Assembly (NCBI GenBank): GCA_963781615.1
Contig: CAWAGI010000007.1
Span: forward strand, 318,748-382,747
Origin: an uncultured Actinomycetes bacterium
Lineage (GTDB): Bacteria; Actinomycetota; Acidimicrobiia; IMCC26256; JACDBD01
Reading direction: 5' to 3'
Length of the DNA: 64,000 bases
In this document: piece after piece, positions 1 through 8,800 of the stretch
Layout of the letters: each line of letters opens with the position of its first letter
Numbering within the stretch: position 1 is the stretch's first letter
The notes under the pieces: model-generated
Databases searched by the model: none
What the model was told of the DNA's origin: nothing
What the model saw: only the letters and a program-made list of their open reading frames with translations
Program-made: the position numbers and the translations under genes

Positions 1-295
1 GCCCCATGCCGACGCGGTGATGGTTGCGGCCGGTGAGCACGCACGCACGCGTCGGCGAGCACAACGCGGTGGTGTGGAAGTTCGTGTACTGCAGGCCGTC
101 CGCCGCGAGTCGGTCGAACGTCGGCGTCGAGATGTCGGAGCCGAAGCAGCCGAACTGCGCGAAGCCGACGTCGTCCACCAGGACGACCAGCACGTTCGGC
201 GACCCGTCGGGCGGCCGCACAGGCTCGGGCCACCACGGCGTCGAGTCCTTCCGGTAGCGGCCGACGACTCCGCCGAACTCTGCCCATTCGCTCAT
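1..295 (-). CDS. Arylsulfatase (type I sulfatase), N-terminal part; runs off the left edge of the window
   Basis: Not in the ORF track because it is edge-truncated. My reverse-strand translation from the ATG at 295-293 reads MSEWAEFGG...NVLVVLVDDVGFAQFGCFGS...NFHTTALCSPTRACVLTGRNHHRVGMG. It carries the C-x-P-x-R formylglycine signature (CSPTR) and the N-terminal DD metal site. Confidence 0.8.
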   Translation of the reverse strand, partial: MSEWAEFGGVVGRYRKDSTPWWPEPVRPPDGSPNVLVVLVDDVGFAQFGCFGSDISTPTFDRLAADGLQYTNFHTTALCSPTRACVLTGRNHHRVGMG

Positions 296-368
296 GAAGC
301 CCCCTCGGGTCAAGGGCGCAGGCTAGGCCCGGGGTCGTTCCCCGCGAGATCCGGCATACGGTGGGGAC

Positions 369-668
369 GTGGACGACCCCCATCGCGACGAGTCTGAACG
401 CCCCGAGGACGAGGTCGCCGACGAGGAGGGTGAGGCCGTCGCGGACCACCGGCCGGTCGACCGCTTTCGTCGTTCGGCGACCGGGGCGGTCGTGGCGGCC
501 GGGCTCCTCGGTCTGCGTGACGCGCTCGAGGGCCGCCCCGAGAAGGAAGAGGCGGCCATCGTGAACGAGGCGCCGGACGCGCCGCCGCGCGACGTGGAAG
601 TCGTCATCGATTTCGACCATCCGGAACGGTCGGTCGCGGTCGTCCGCCGTCCCGACGACGACAGTTAG
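369..668 (+). CDS. Hypothetical acidic protein (99 aa)
   Basis: ORF-track frame with G/C-dominated third positions. It fills the gap between the sulfatase start and the TetR stop. No recognisable domain; start uncertain. Confidence 0.35.
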   Translation: MDDPHRDESERPEDEVADEEGEAVADHRPVDRFRRSATGAVVAAGLLGLRDALEGRPEKEEAAIVNEAPDAPPRDVEVVIDFDHPERSVAVVRRPDDDS

Positions 669-731
669 GCGTCGACGGCGGCGGCTTTGCCGACCGCCGT
701 CGCAGGAGCCGGAGCTCGCGACGGCGACAAG

Positions 732-1373
732 CTAGGCATCGAGCCGGGCGTTGAGCCGCTCCAGGAAGGCGCGCCGCTCGGCCTTGAACGAGGAGTCGGT
801 CGGGAGCTTGCCCGTCACCATCCTGGTGATCTGGGGGAATGCGAACGGGAACATCACGAGCGCGAGCTCCGACAGCACGAGCTGCTCGGGGTCGAGGTCG
901 TCGGGAAGCTCACCGCGGCGTTGCGCTTCACGTACGTCGTCGCACCACTGGGTGAGGGAGTCCTTGCGCAGCAACTCCTGCTCGACCTCGCGCCGCCGCC
1001 CGCGTTCCAGGCCCTCCCACATGAGGAGGCGCACGTAGTCCATCGAGCCCTCGAGCCGCTGCTGGAGCTCGACGAGGCGGGCGGGACCGGTGCGGTCCCG
1101 ATCACGTGCCGTCGGCGCCCGCTCGGCCAGCCGCTGCCGGAGAACGGCGCGGAAGAGGTCGTCCTTCGAGCCGAAGTAGTAGTAGAGCATCCGCTTGTTC
1201 GTGCCGGCCCGCTCGGCGATGGCGTCGACCCGGGCGCCGTCGATGCCCTTGGCGGAGAACTCCTGGAGGGCGGCGGCCAGGATCCGCCGGCGCGTCCCCT
1301 CGGGGTCCCGGAGCTTGCGCTCGGGCTCGTCGCCGGCGGTCTCCCGGCTCCCGGTCGCGGTGCTCTCAGGCAT
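732..1373 (-). CDS. TetR family transcriptional regulator
   Basis: N-terminal HTH RRILAAALQEFSAKGIDGARVDAIAERAGTNKRMLYYYFGSKDDLF. The ORF is open to 1406 (GTG), but the ATG at 1373-1371 (MPESTATG...) has a GGAGG-like site upstream. Divergent from the MFS gene. Confidence 0.9.
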   Translation of the reverse strand: MPESTATGSRETAGDEPERKLRDPEGTRRRILAAALQEFSAKGIDGARVDAIAERAGTNKRMLYYYFGSKDDLFRAVLRQRLAERAPTARDRDRTGPARLVELQQRLEGSMDYVRLLMWEGLERGRRREVEQELLRKDSLTQWCDDVREAQRRGELPDDLDPEQLVLSELALVMFPFAFPQITRMVTGKLPTDSSFKAERRAFLERLNARLDA

Positions 1374-1412
1374 GGTCCGCCTTTGCCTCCGGTGGGCTCG
1401 AGCCACTATCGT

Positions 1413-1437
1413 GTACTAACTGGATAGTTAACAGTAC
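1413..1437. promoter_or_regulatory. AT-rich palindrome in the TetR/MFS divergent intergenic region (candidate TetR operator)
   Basis: TAACTggatAGTTA (1417-1430) is a 5-4-5 perfect inverted repeat flanked by GTAC elements. It is the only AT-rich island in this intergenic region. Confidence 0.4.
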
Positions 1438-1559
1438 CACCTTCCCCCCGGGGAGCGCAGCTGACCACCACCGCAGCCGTTCGGCCGCCGGAGACCCACG
1501 GGCCCGACGGCCCGACCGCGTCCGACGTCACCCACGCGCGCCGGTGGTGGACCCTCGGC

Positions 1560-3090
1560 GTGCTCTCGCTGTGCGTCGTCGTGATCGGCGTCGACAACAC
1601 GATCCTCAACGTCGCGATCCCGTCCATCGTCCGCAGCCTCGACGCGTCGGGTTCGCAGCTGCAGTGGATGGTCGACGCGTACACGATCGTGTTCGCCTGC
1701 CTGCTCCTCACGGCGGGCTCGCTCGGCGACCGCTACGGGCGGCGCCGCATGCTCATGTTCGGCCTGGCGTGGTTCGGGGTCTTCTCGGCGTTGGCGTCCT
1801 TCTCGAGCTCACCGGGCATGCTCATCGGCGCCCGCGCGCTCATGGGTGTCGGTGGCGCCTTCATCTTCCCGACGACGCTGTCGATCCTCACCAACACGTT
1901 CCGCGACCCCGCCGAGCGCGCCCGAGCGATCGGTGTGTGGGCGGGCGTCGCCGGCATCGGGATCGCGATCGGTCCCGTCGATCGGCGGGCTGCTCGTCGA
2001 GCACCTCGGCTGGGGTTCGGTGTTCTTCGATCAACGTGCCGATCTGCATCGTCACGTTTCTTCCTGGCACGCTGGCTCGTGCCGAACACGAGCGCGCCCG
2101 AGGAGAGCCCGCTCGACCCGATCGGCGCGGTCCTGTCGATCGTCGGGCTCGTCGCGTTGCTGTTCGCCATCATCGAGGTCCCGAACCACGGCTGGACCGC
2201 CCCCGACGTGCTCGCCGGCTTCGCGATCGGTCTCGTGTTCATCGGGTTGTTCGCGGCGTGGGAGGCGCACACGCCGCGGCCGATGCTCGACGTGCGCTTC
2301 TTCCGCAACCCGCGCTTCTCGGCCGCGTCGGCCACGATCACGCTCGCCTATTTCGCGCTGTTCGCCTCGACGTTCCTGCTGACCCAGTACTTCCAGTTCG
2401 TGCTCGGATACAGCCCGCTCGAGTCGGGGCTCATGCTGACGCCCGTCGCGCTCGGGCTCATGATCGGATCGCCGGTCGCACCGAGATTCGTCCACCGTCT
2501 CGGAACGAAGCGCGTCGTCGTGTTCGGGCTCGCGATCGTCGCCGCCTCCATGGCGTGTTACGCGTCCGACACGATCATGTCGTCGTTCGCGCTCGGGTTC
2601 GGGGTCCGGCTCGTGTACGGGATCGGCATGGGGCTCACGGTCGCGCCGGTCACCGAATCCATCATGGGCTCCCTCCCGCCGGGTCGGGCGGGGGTTGGCT
2701 CGGCGGTGAACGACACGACCCGCCAGACGGGTGGCGCGCTGGGCGTGGCGGTGCTGGGGAGCATCTTCGCCTCGCAGTACCACGCGACCTGGGACGCCGC
2801 CCGCGGGGTGTCGCCCGGGAGTCGTGCACTCGGCCCGGGACTCGATCGGGACGTCGCTCCAGGTGGCCAAGCACCTGCCCGCCGGCGCCGCGACCCAGGT
2901 GCGCGCGGTCGCGACCGACGCGTTCCTGTCGTCGATGCGGATCACGTACGCGTGCGCGGTCGCCGTGGTCCTCGGCGCCGTGTTCGTGGCGGCGCGCTTC
3001 CTGCCGGCCCGGGCCCGAGAGGCCCCGACCCACGACGACCACGAGGTCGCGGAAGCCCTCGCACTCGGCGCCGAGAGCGCCGCCAACTGA
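1560..3090 (+). pseudogene. DHA2 (EmrB/QacA-type) MFS drug exporter, split by four apparent +1 frameshifts
   Basis: MFS motifs occur in successive frames. Frame 0 has VDNTILNVAIPSI...GSLGDRYGRRRML. Frame 1 has PSIGGLLVEHLGWGSVFF (from about 1975). Frame 2 has INVPICIVTF (from about 2030). Frame 0 resumes with ARWLVPNTS... (from about 2058). The C-terminus ARDSIGTSLQVAKHLP...FLPARA is in frame 1 after the CCCGGG run near 2815-2820 and ends at 3090. The reading frame is open upstream to 1428 and encodes RRWW, but has no canonical start there. Confidence 0.8.
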
Positions 3091-3131
3091 GGGGCGCCGG
3101 CGCGGCGGAAGTACCTCTGCCCCAGAGGTAT

Positions 3132-3620
3132 ATGCTCCCGGGTATGTCCCGCGTCGACGTGCCGCCCGCCGATACCGGGAACGTCGACGACGCCGACCGG
3201 CTCGCCACCGCCGTCTCCGACTTCCGCCGCATCGCCCGCCGCACGATTCGCAAGGACTGGCCCTATGACCCGCTCTCGCCGGCCCAGCTCGACGTGCTGC
3301 GCAGCGTGCTCGACAAGCCCGGCGTCGGCGTCCGGGAGGCGGCCGAGCATCTCCGGCTCGCGCCCAACACGGTCAGCACACTCGTCGGCACGCTCACGGA
3401 CGCGGGGCTCGTCACGCGTACGCGCGACGAGCGAGACGGCCGGGCGTGCCGGCTCGAGGTCACGCCGGCCGCCCGTCGGCGGCTCGCTGCCTGGCGCAAC
3501 CTGCGGGCCCGGGTGATCGGCGCCGCGCTGCACGACCTCGAGCCCGTCGACCGCGAGGCCATCGCCCGCGCCGTCCCGGCGATCGAGCGCCTCACGTGGC
3601 TGCTGGAGCACGGGGAGTGA
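3132..3620 (+). CDS. MarR family transcriptional regulator
   Basis: Winged-HTH region LSPAQLDVLRSVLDKPGVGVREAAEHLRLAPNTVSTLVGTLTDAGLVTRTRDERDGRACRLEVT. Start at ATG 3132 or 3144. The stop overlaps the next gene's GTG (GTGA at 3617-3620). Confidence 0.85.
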   Translation: MLPGMSRVDVPPADTGNVDDADRLATAVSDFRRIARRTIRKDWPYDPLSPAQLDVLRSVLDKPGVGVREAAEHLRLAPNTVSTLVGTLTDAGLVTRTRDERDGRACRLEVTPAARRRLAAWRNLRARVIGAALHDLEPVDREAIARAVPAIERLTWLLEHGE

Positions 3621-4420
3621 GCGCGCCCGCGCCCGCGGTCGAGTGCACGGGGCTGCGCTACCGCTTCGGCGACCACGTCGCCGTCGACGGCGTCGACCTC
3701 GACGTCCCGACCGGCGAGATGTTCGGCCTCCTCGGACCGAACGGCGCCGGCAAGACCACGACCATCCGCATCCTGACGACGTTGCTGCCGGTCCTCGAAG
3801 GTCACGCGTGCGTCTTCGGCCTCGACGTGTCGGCCTCGCCCATGCAGGCGCGCCGGATGATCGGCTACGTGCCCCAGCAGCTCTCTGCCGACGGGCAGCT
3901 CACGGGACGCGAGAACGTGTCGATGTTCGCCCGCCTGTTCGACGTGCCGCGTCGCGAGCGCGCCGACCGCGTCGCCGAGGTGCTGGACGCCATGAACCTG
4001 AACGACGCCGCCGACCGCCTCGCGAACACGTATTCCGGCGGCATGGTCCGCCGCCTCGAGCTCGCCCAGGCACTCGTGAACCGGCCCCGGGTGCTCATCC
4101 TCGACGAGCCCACGATCGGGCTCGATCCCGTCGGCCGCGACACGGTCTGGGACCGGCTCCGGGCGCTGCAGGACGAGGGGATCACCGTGCTCCTCACGAC
4201 GCACTACATGGAGGAGGCCGAGGAGCTCTGCAACCGCGTCTCGCTCATGCACCGAGGTCGCATCCGCGCCGTCGGCACACCGGCGGAGCTCGAGGCCCGA
4301 CTCGGGCCCGAGGCGACGCTCGAGGACGTGTTCCGTTACTACGCCGGCGACTCGCTCGAGGAGGGAGGAGAGCTCCGTGACGTTCGTAGCACCCGGCGCG
4401 TCGCCCGCCGCCTCGGCTGA
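3617..4420 (+). CDS. ABC transporter ATP-binding protein (DrrA-like, ABC-2 type exporter)
   Basis: Walker A GPNGAGKTTT, signature YSGGMVRRLELAQAL, Walker B VLILDEPTIGLD. The in-frame GTG at 3617 gives the usual N-terminus (VECTGLRYRFGD...). The upstream part of ORF 3446 lies inside MarR. Confidence 0.9.
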   Translation: MSAPAPAVECTGLRYRFGDHVAVDGVDLDVPTGEMFGLLGPNGAGKTTTIRILTTLLPVLEGHACVFGLDVSASPMQARRMIGYVPQQLSADGQLTGRENVSMFARLFDVPRRERADRVAEVLDAMNLNDAADRLANTYSGGMVRRLELAQALVNRPRVLILDEPTIGLDPVGRDTVWDRLRALQDEGITVLLTTHYMEEAEELCNRVSLMHRGRIRAVGTPAELEARLGPEATLEDVFRYYAGDSLEEGGELRDVRSTRRVARRLG

Positions 4421-5216
4421 CGGCGCGTTCGCGCCCCCGGCCGCGCCGCCCGTCTGGCGTTGGCTCGCGAGCCGCATCGGGACCCTCTGCCTCGTCGAGA
4501 TCCAGAAGATCCGCCACGACCGCACCGAGCTGCTCACACGGGCGATCCAGCCCGCCCTCTGGCTCCTGATCTTCGGCACCACGTTCGACCGGCTGCACGC
4601 CATCCCGACGGGTGGGATCGACTACCTCGACTTCCTGACTCCCGGGATCCTCGCCCAGTCCGGGATGTTCGTCGCCGTCTTCTACGGCATCCAGGTGATC
4701 TGGGAGCGCGACGCCGGAGTGCTCGCCAAGCTCCTCGTGACGCCCACGCCGCGGGCCGCGCTGGTGACGGGCAAGGCGTTCGCAGCGTCGATCCGCGCCT
4801 TCAGCCAGGTGATCGTCATCCTCGTGCTCGCCCGGATCCTCGGCGTCGATTTCACGACGAACCCACTCCGACTCGTCGCCGCCGCCCTGGCGGTGGTGCT
4901 GGGGTCGGCGTTCTTCGCCACGCTGTCGCTGACGATCGCCGGCCTCGCGATGACCCGAGAGCGTCTCATGGGCATCGGCCAGGCGATCACGATGCCGCTG
5001 TTCTTCGGGTCCAATGCGCTGTACCCGGTCGATCTCATGCCGCCGTGGCTGCGCGCCTTCAGTGTCATCAACCCGCTCAGCTACGAGGTGAACGCACTGC
5101 GCCGCCTCCTGCTCGGCACGTCCGGCAACCTCCTCGTCGACTTCAGCGTGCTGCTCTTCGCGCTCGTCCTCGGCGTGACGGTGGCGGCGGCGATCCTGCC
5201 CCGGCTCGTGCGCTGA
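4377..5216 (+). CDS. ABC-2 type transporter permease
   Basis: 279-aa polytopic protein with about 6 hydrophobic segments, directly following and overlapping the ATPase gene. Typical ABC-2 arrangement. Confidence 0.85.
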   Translation: MTFVAPGASPAASADGAFAPPAAPPVWRWLASRIGTLCLVEIQKIRHDRTELLTRAIQPALWLLIFGTTFDRLHAIPTGGIDYLDFLTPGILAQSGMFVAVFYGIQVIWERDAGVLAKLLVTPTPRAALVTGKAFAASIRAFSQVIVILVLARILGVDFTTNPLRLVAAALAVVLGSAFFATLSLTIAGLAMTRERLMGIGQAITMPLFFGSNALYPVDLMPPWLRAFSVINPLSYEVNALRRLLLGTSGNLLVDFSVLLFALVLGVTVAAAILPRLVR

Positions 5217-5249
5217 TCCGCGGCGCTCTCGCTGCGCGGCTGCGGACGT

Positions 5250-6773
5250 CTAGCAACTGCCGGTGCCCACACAGGGGGTGAGCGTGATGGCGAGGTTGAA
5301 GACGACGCTGGCCGCGAGCGCAGTCAGCCAGATCGCGTTCCCGAACCACATCGCTCCGGAGTTCCGCCGCAGGGTTCGGTTCCACGCGATCCACCCCAAG
5401 AGGCTCGCGAGCACGATGAGGGGGGCGAAGTCGACCTCGTACCGCATGGTCGCGCCTTCCCAGTGGTACGAGAACCAGAGGAGCATCAGCGTCGCGGGAA
5501 GAACCAGCACGAGAAGCGTCGGGATGACCGGAGGGAAGCGCCGTGTGATCCGGCGGAAGCGCGTCGCGACCAACACGAAACCGACGCCCACGACCGGCAT
5601 GTTCGTGAGGATCCCTGCGACCGGCTCGCTCAGGTACATGTGCAGCCCGGGACCTTGCGCGATCAGATTCTCGTCGAACTCGTTCTTGCGGAGGAAGAGG
5701 TAGGGAAAGTCCCCGAGGACGCGCGCCGGTGAGACCAGGTACGCGTACAAGCCCTTTGGGACGTAGGAAATGCTGTCGAACGGAAAGTGCTGCACATTCA
5801 CGACGTTGAGTTGGTACGTCTGCCCGAACTCGAAGACGGATCCGAAACGGGCATAGTTGAACAGTGCGATGAGCACGCCGACGATGGCGTACGGAGCGAT
5901 CAGCGCCACGAGGACTGCTCCACGACGACGCAGTTGGTGACCCGTGCGGGTCACGATCACCAGCGCCGTCGCGATGAACAGGATCCCGACGATCATCGAC
6001 GGGCGTGCCGCGACCGCAAGCCCGAGCGCGGCGCTCCCCAATGCGGCGAAGAGGACGCTCTTTCCCGTGAGAACGCCGCGGGTGAGGCAGTAGAGCCCGG
6101 CGAACAGGAGCATGTAGCCGCAGGCGATCGAGGACTCGTAGTCGCGCCCGATGTGCACGAGCCACGCGACCGGTACGCCGGCCCCCAACGTGAAGACGGC
6201 GACGCATTGCATCCACACCGGGATGGTCTCCCACCACCACCGGACGAGGAGCCGGAAGAACGCAACCGAGAACAGGAACCCGAGCGCGGCGAAGACGAGG
6301 GTCGCGATCGCGGGTGAGAGGTCACCGACCTGGAGCACCCGGAACGGTATGTAGAGAAGGAGCGCGGGCGCAGGGCCGAAGTAGGCGTACAGCTTGCCCT
6401 TGTAGAGGCTGTAGTCGTGGATCCCCTGCGCCCGGTACTGGAAGTTCGCGATCGGGTCGTACGGATCGGGAAGGCGCAGCAATCCCTCCTGCGGCTTGAC
6501 CTTGAGGCTCAGCTGGTGACCGAGCAGTGCATCCGCGATGGGGTTCTGGAAGTTGCCGTTCAGCTGTGGCTGATCCGGCGCCAGCGGCTTGCCGTAGGAA
6601 GCGGCCGAGCGTGCATAGAAGGCCAAGACGACCAGCACGCACGCAACGACGAGAGCGCCGCCCGCGCGGAACCTCCTTCCTCCGCGGCGGTCACGATCTC
6701 CGTTTGAGGATTCCGTCGGAGTGCCGACCGCGTCGAGCGCGCCGGTCGTCTCGGCCTCCACGGGGCCGGCCAT
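5250..6773 (-). CDS. Polytopic integral membrane protein (508 aa), possibly a GT-C-type glycosyltransferase
   Basis: Start MAGPVEAE at 6773, preceded by GGGAGGG. There are more than 10 hydrophobic segments and a large first loop (YSLYKGKLYAYFGPAP...). The upstream 121 aa of ORF 5250..7139 look non-coding. The functional assignment is weak. Confidence 0.65.
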   Translation of the reverse strand: MAGPVEAETTGALDAVGTPTESSNGDRDRRGGRRFRAGGALVVACVLVVLAFYARSAASYGKPLAPDQPQLNGNFQNPIADALLGHQLSLKVKPQEGLLRLPDPYDPIANFQYRAQGIHDYSLYKGKLYAYFGPAPALLLYIPFRVLQVGDLSPAIATLVFAALGFLFSVAFFRLLVRWWWETIPVWMQCVAVFTLGAGVPVAWLVHIGRDYESSIACGYMLLFAGLYCLTRGVLTGKSVLFAALGSAALGLAVAARPSMIVGILFIATALVIVTRTGHQLRRRGAVLVALIAPYAIVGVLIALFNYARFGSVFEFGQTYQLNVVNVQHFPFDSISYVPKGLYAYLVSPARVLGDFPYLFLRKNEFDENLIAQGPGLHMYLSEPVAGILTNMPVVGVGFVLVATRFRRITRRFPPVIPTLLVLVLPATLMLLWFSYHWEGATMRYEVDFAPLIVLASLLGWIAWNRTLRRNSGAMWFGNAIWLTALAASVVFNLAITLTPCVGTGSC

Positions 6774-6810
6774 CTGCGATCCCTCCCTGCGGCTTCCTGC
6801 TCGGGCTCGT

Positions 6811-7548
6811 CTACGCGATCGGCAGCGCGCGCAGGCCGAGCTCGTCGAGGTGCTGTACGAACAGCTCGGGGTCGTCGAACATCCAGTCGTGGTCGATCGG
6901 CCCGTACCCCGGCGGCGCCTTCGCCACCGTGAACGTCGCGTGCAGGTTGCGGGCGAACTCCTGGCCGTCCTTGCGCGACAGGATCGTGTCGCGGGCGGCC
7001 CACAGCACGTGGCACGGCAGCCCGAAGTCCGCGCACTCCTCGATCTCCGGCCGGCGATCGCTGCGGAACGCCCACAGCGCCGCCTCCGCCAGATGCATCG
7101 GATGCGCCAACCACTGCTCCGAGAACGACCGCACCGCACGGGGCGTCGCCATGCGCACGATGCCGAGGGGATGCACGGCCTCCAGAGCGAGGGAGAACTC
7201 GCGTTCCATGCCCAGCGTGTCGCTGAAGACGCATTCCACGATGCGCGCCGGCGACCGGCACACCAGCCCGAGCTCGAGGCCGCCGCCGAAGGAGTGACCG
7301 AGCAGGCTCACCTGCTCGACCCCGAGATCGTCGATCGTGTGCTGGAGGCAGTCGAGCGCATGGTCGAACGTCCACCGCCCGGGCACGGCGAACAAGTCGG
7401 GGATGACCACTCGGGCGCGGTCCGTGAGCAGGCTCGCCATCGGCAGGTAGGTCTCGGGCTTCATCCCGTACCCGTGGAGAAGCACGATCGTCGGGCCGGC
7501 TCCGAGGTCGAGCCGGCGCAGCGGGCGAGCCCGTTCGTCGTCGGTCAC
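6811..7548 (-). CDS. Alpha/beta hydrolase
   Basis: TIVLLHGYG oxyanion region and GHSFGG nucleophile elbow. The GTG start at 7548 overlaps the P450 stop (GTGA at 7545-7548). Confidence 0.85.
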   Translation of the reverse strand: MTDDERARPLRRLDLGAGPTIVLLHGYGMKPETYLPMASLLTDRARVVIPDLFAVPGRWTFDHALDCLQHTIDDLGVEQVSLLGHSFGGGLELGLVCRSPARIVECVFSDTLGMEREFSLALEAVHPLGIVRMATPRAVRSFSEQWLAHPMHLAEAALWAFRSDRRPEIEECADFGLPCHVLWAARDTILSRKDGQEFARNLHATFTVAKAPPGYGPIDHDWMFDDPELFVQHLDELGLRALPIA

Positions 7549-8757
7549 GCGACGCCGGTGTCGACGGGCAGGCGGCGGGGACCGATCTCGAAGAAGGTCG
7601 GCACGTTGTCGAACTCGTAGTCCGCCGCGAGCCGCACCGATCCCGCCGCGAACCGGTCGAGGAACGTCGCGATGCCGATGCGGGCGACGATCCGCGCCAG
7701 CGCCGCGCCGGGGCACACATGAGGCCCGTAGCCGAAGGTCAGGTGCTGGTCGGCGTTGGGACGGTCGACCCGGAACTCGTCGCCGTCCTCGAACAACAGC
7801 TCGTCACGGTTGGCGGAGCCCGTGCCGACGATCACCCGCTCGCCCGGCGCGATCGGGCAGTCGCCGATCGACGTCTCACGCACACACCCGCGGGCGACGA
7901 AGAGCAACGGGGGCGCGATCCGAAGGCTCTCCTCGACGGCGTTCGTGAGCGCGCCCTCGTCGGACCGGAGAGCCCGCTCGACGTCGGGGTCGACCAGCAG
8001 CTGGTGGAGGAGGTTGCCGAGCAGCTGGCTCGTGGTCGTCAGTCCGCCGGTGATGAGGTTCCGCGTGAGCGCGCGCAGCTGCCGCGGGCGTGAGGCGATC
8101 GCCGTCCACCTCGAGCTGGACGAGCCGGGTGAGGACGTCGTCGGGCGCGTCCCGGCCCCGCTCGACGAGACGGACCCGGTGGTCGATCTTGTCGTCGATG
8201 TAGCGGGCGAACTCGGGGAACGCACCGGCGAAGCCCTCGCCCCGGTCGGTGCGGTTCGTGCGCGGGAACTCGCTGACCATGAGCTCGCCCGCCCAGGACG
8301 CGATCTGGTCGGCGTCCGCCTCCGGGAACCCGAGGAGGTGCACGGTGACGCGGTTGGGGAGCGGCACCGTGAACGCGGGGACGAGGTCGGCGCGACCCGG
8401 GACCGTCACGCCGTCGAGGAGCCCCTCGGCCGTGCCGCGGATGAACGGCTCGGCGGCGTGGACGACCTTCGGCGTGAGCGCGGTCACCATCACGCGCCGG
8501 ACGGCGGTGTGCCGGGGCGGGTCGAGCTCGCCGAGGATCCGGTCCTCGAACGGGACCTCGACGCCGGGTGCCTTCATCCCTGTCGCGTTCGAGTACGCCT
8601 CGGTGTCGCGCAACGCCTCCCGGCATTCTGCGTGCCGGGTGACGTAGTGCATCCCGCCCGCGATCGGGGCCACCGGCCCTTGCCGGCGCAGCTCCTTCAG
8701 CAGCGGCCAGGCGCGTTGCGCCTGCCCCGGATCGAATGGATCGAACCCCCCCGCCAT
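7545..8757 (-). CDS. Cytochrome P450 (one apparent frameshift at the GGG run 8086-8088)
   Basis: The N-terminal part, MAGGFDPFDP...LDPPRHTAVRR...LVQLEVDGDRLT, is in the frame of ORF 7876..9666. The C-terminal part, PRQLRALTRNLITGGLTTTSQ...FGYGPHVCPGAALA (heme Cys loop), is in ORF 7545..8225. The total length of 1213 nt is not a multiple of 3. Confidence 0.85.
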
Positions 8758-8800
8758 CGGTCGGAGCGTACCGGCGGCGGCGCACCCGTAGCATGGGCCC

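Noticed and set aside
1106-3611. Very long ORFs 1106..3268 (+, 720 aa) and 2052..3611 (-, 519 aa) overlapping the MFS and MarR genes.
   Set aside because: Arg/Pro/Ala/Gly-dominated translations are typical of off-frame reading in high-GC DNA. The MFS and MarR motifs are in other frames. Only a short piece of 1106..3268 (INVPICIVTF) is real, because of the frameshifts.
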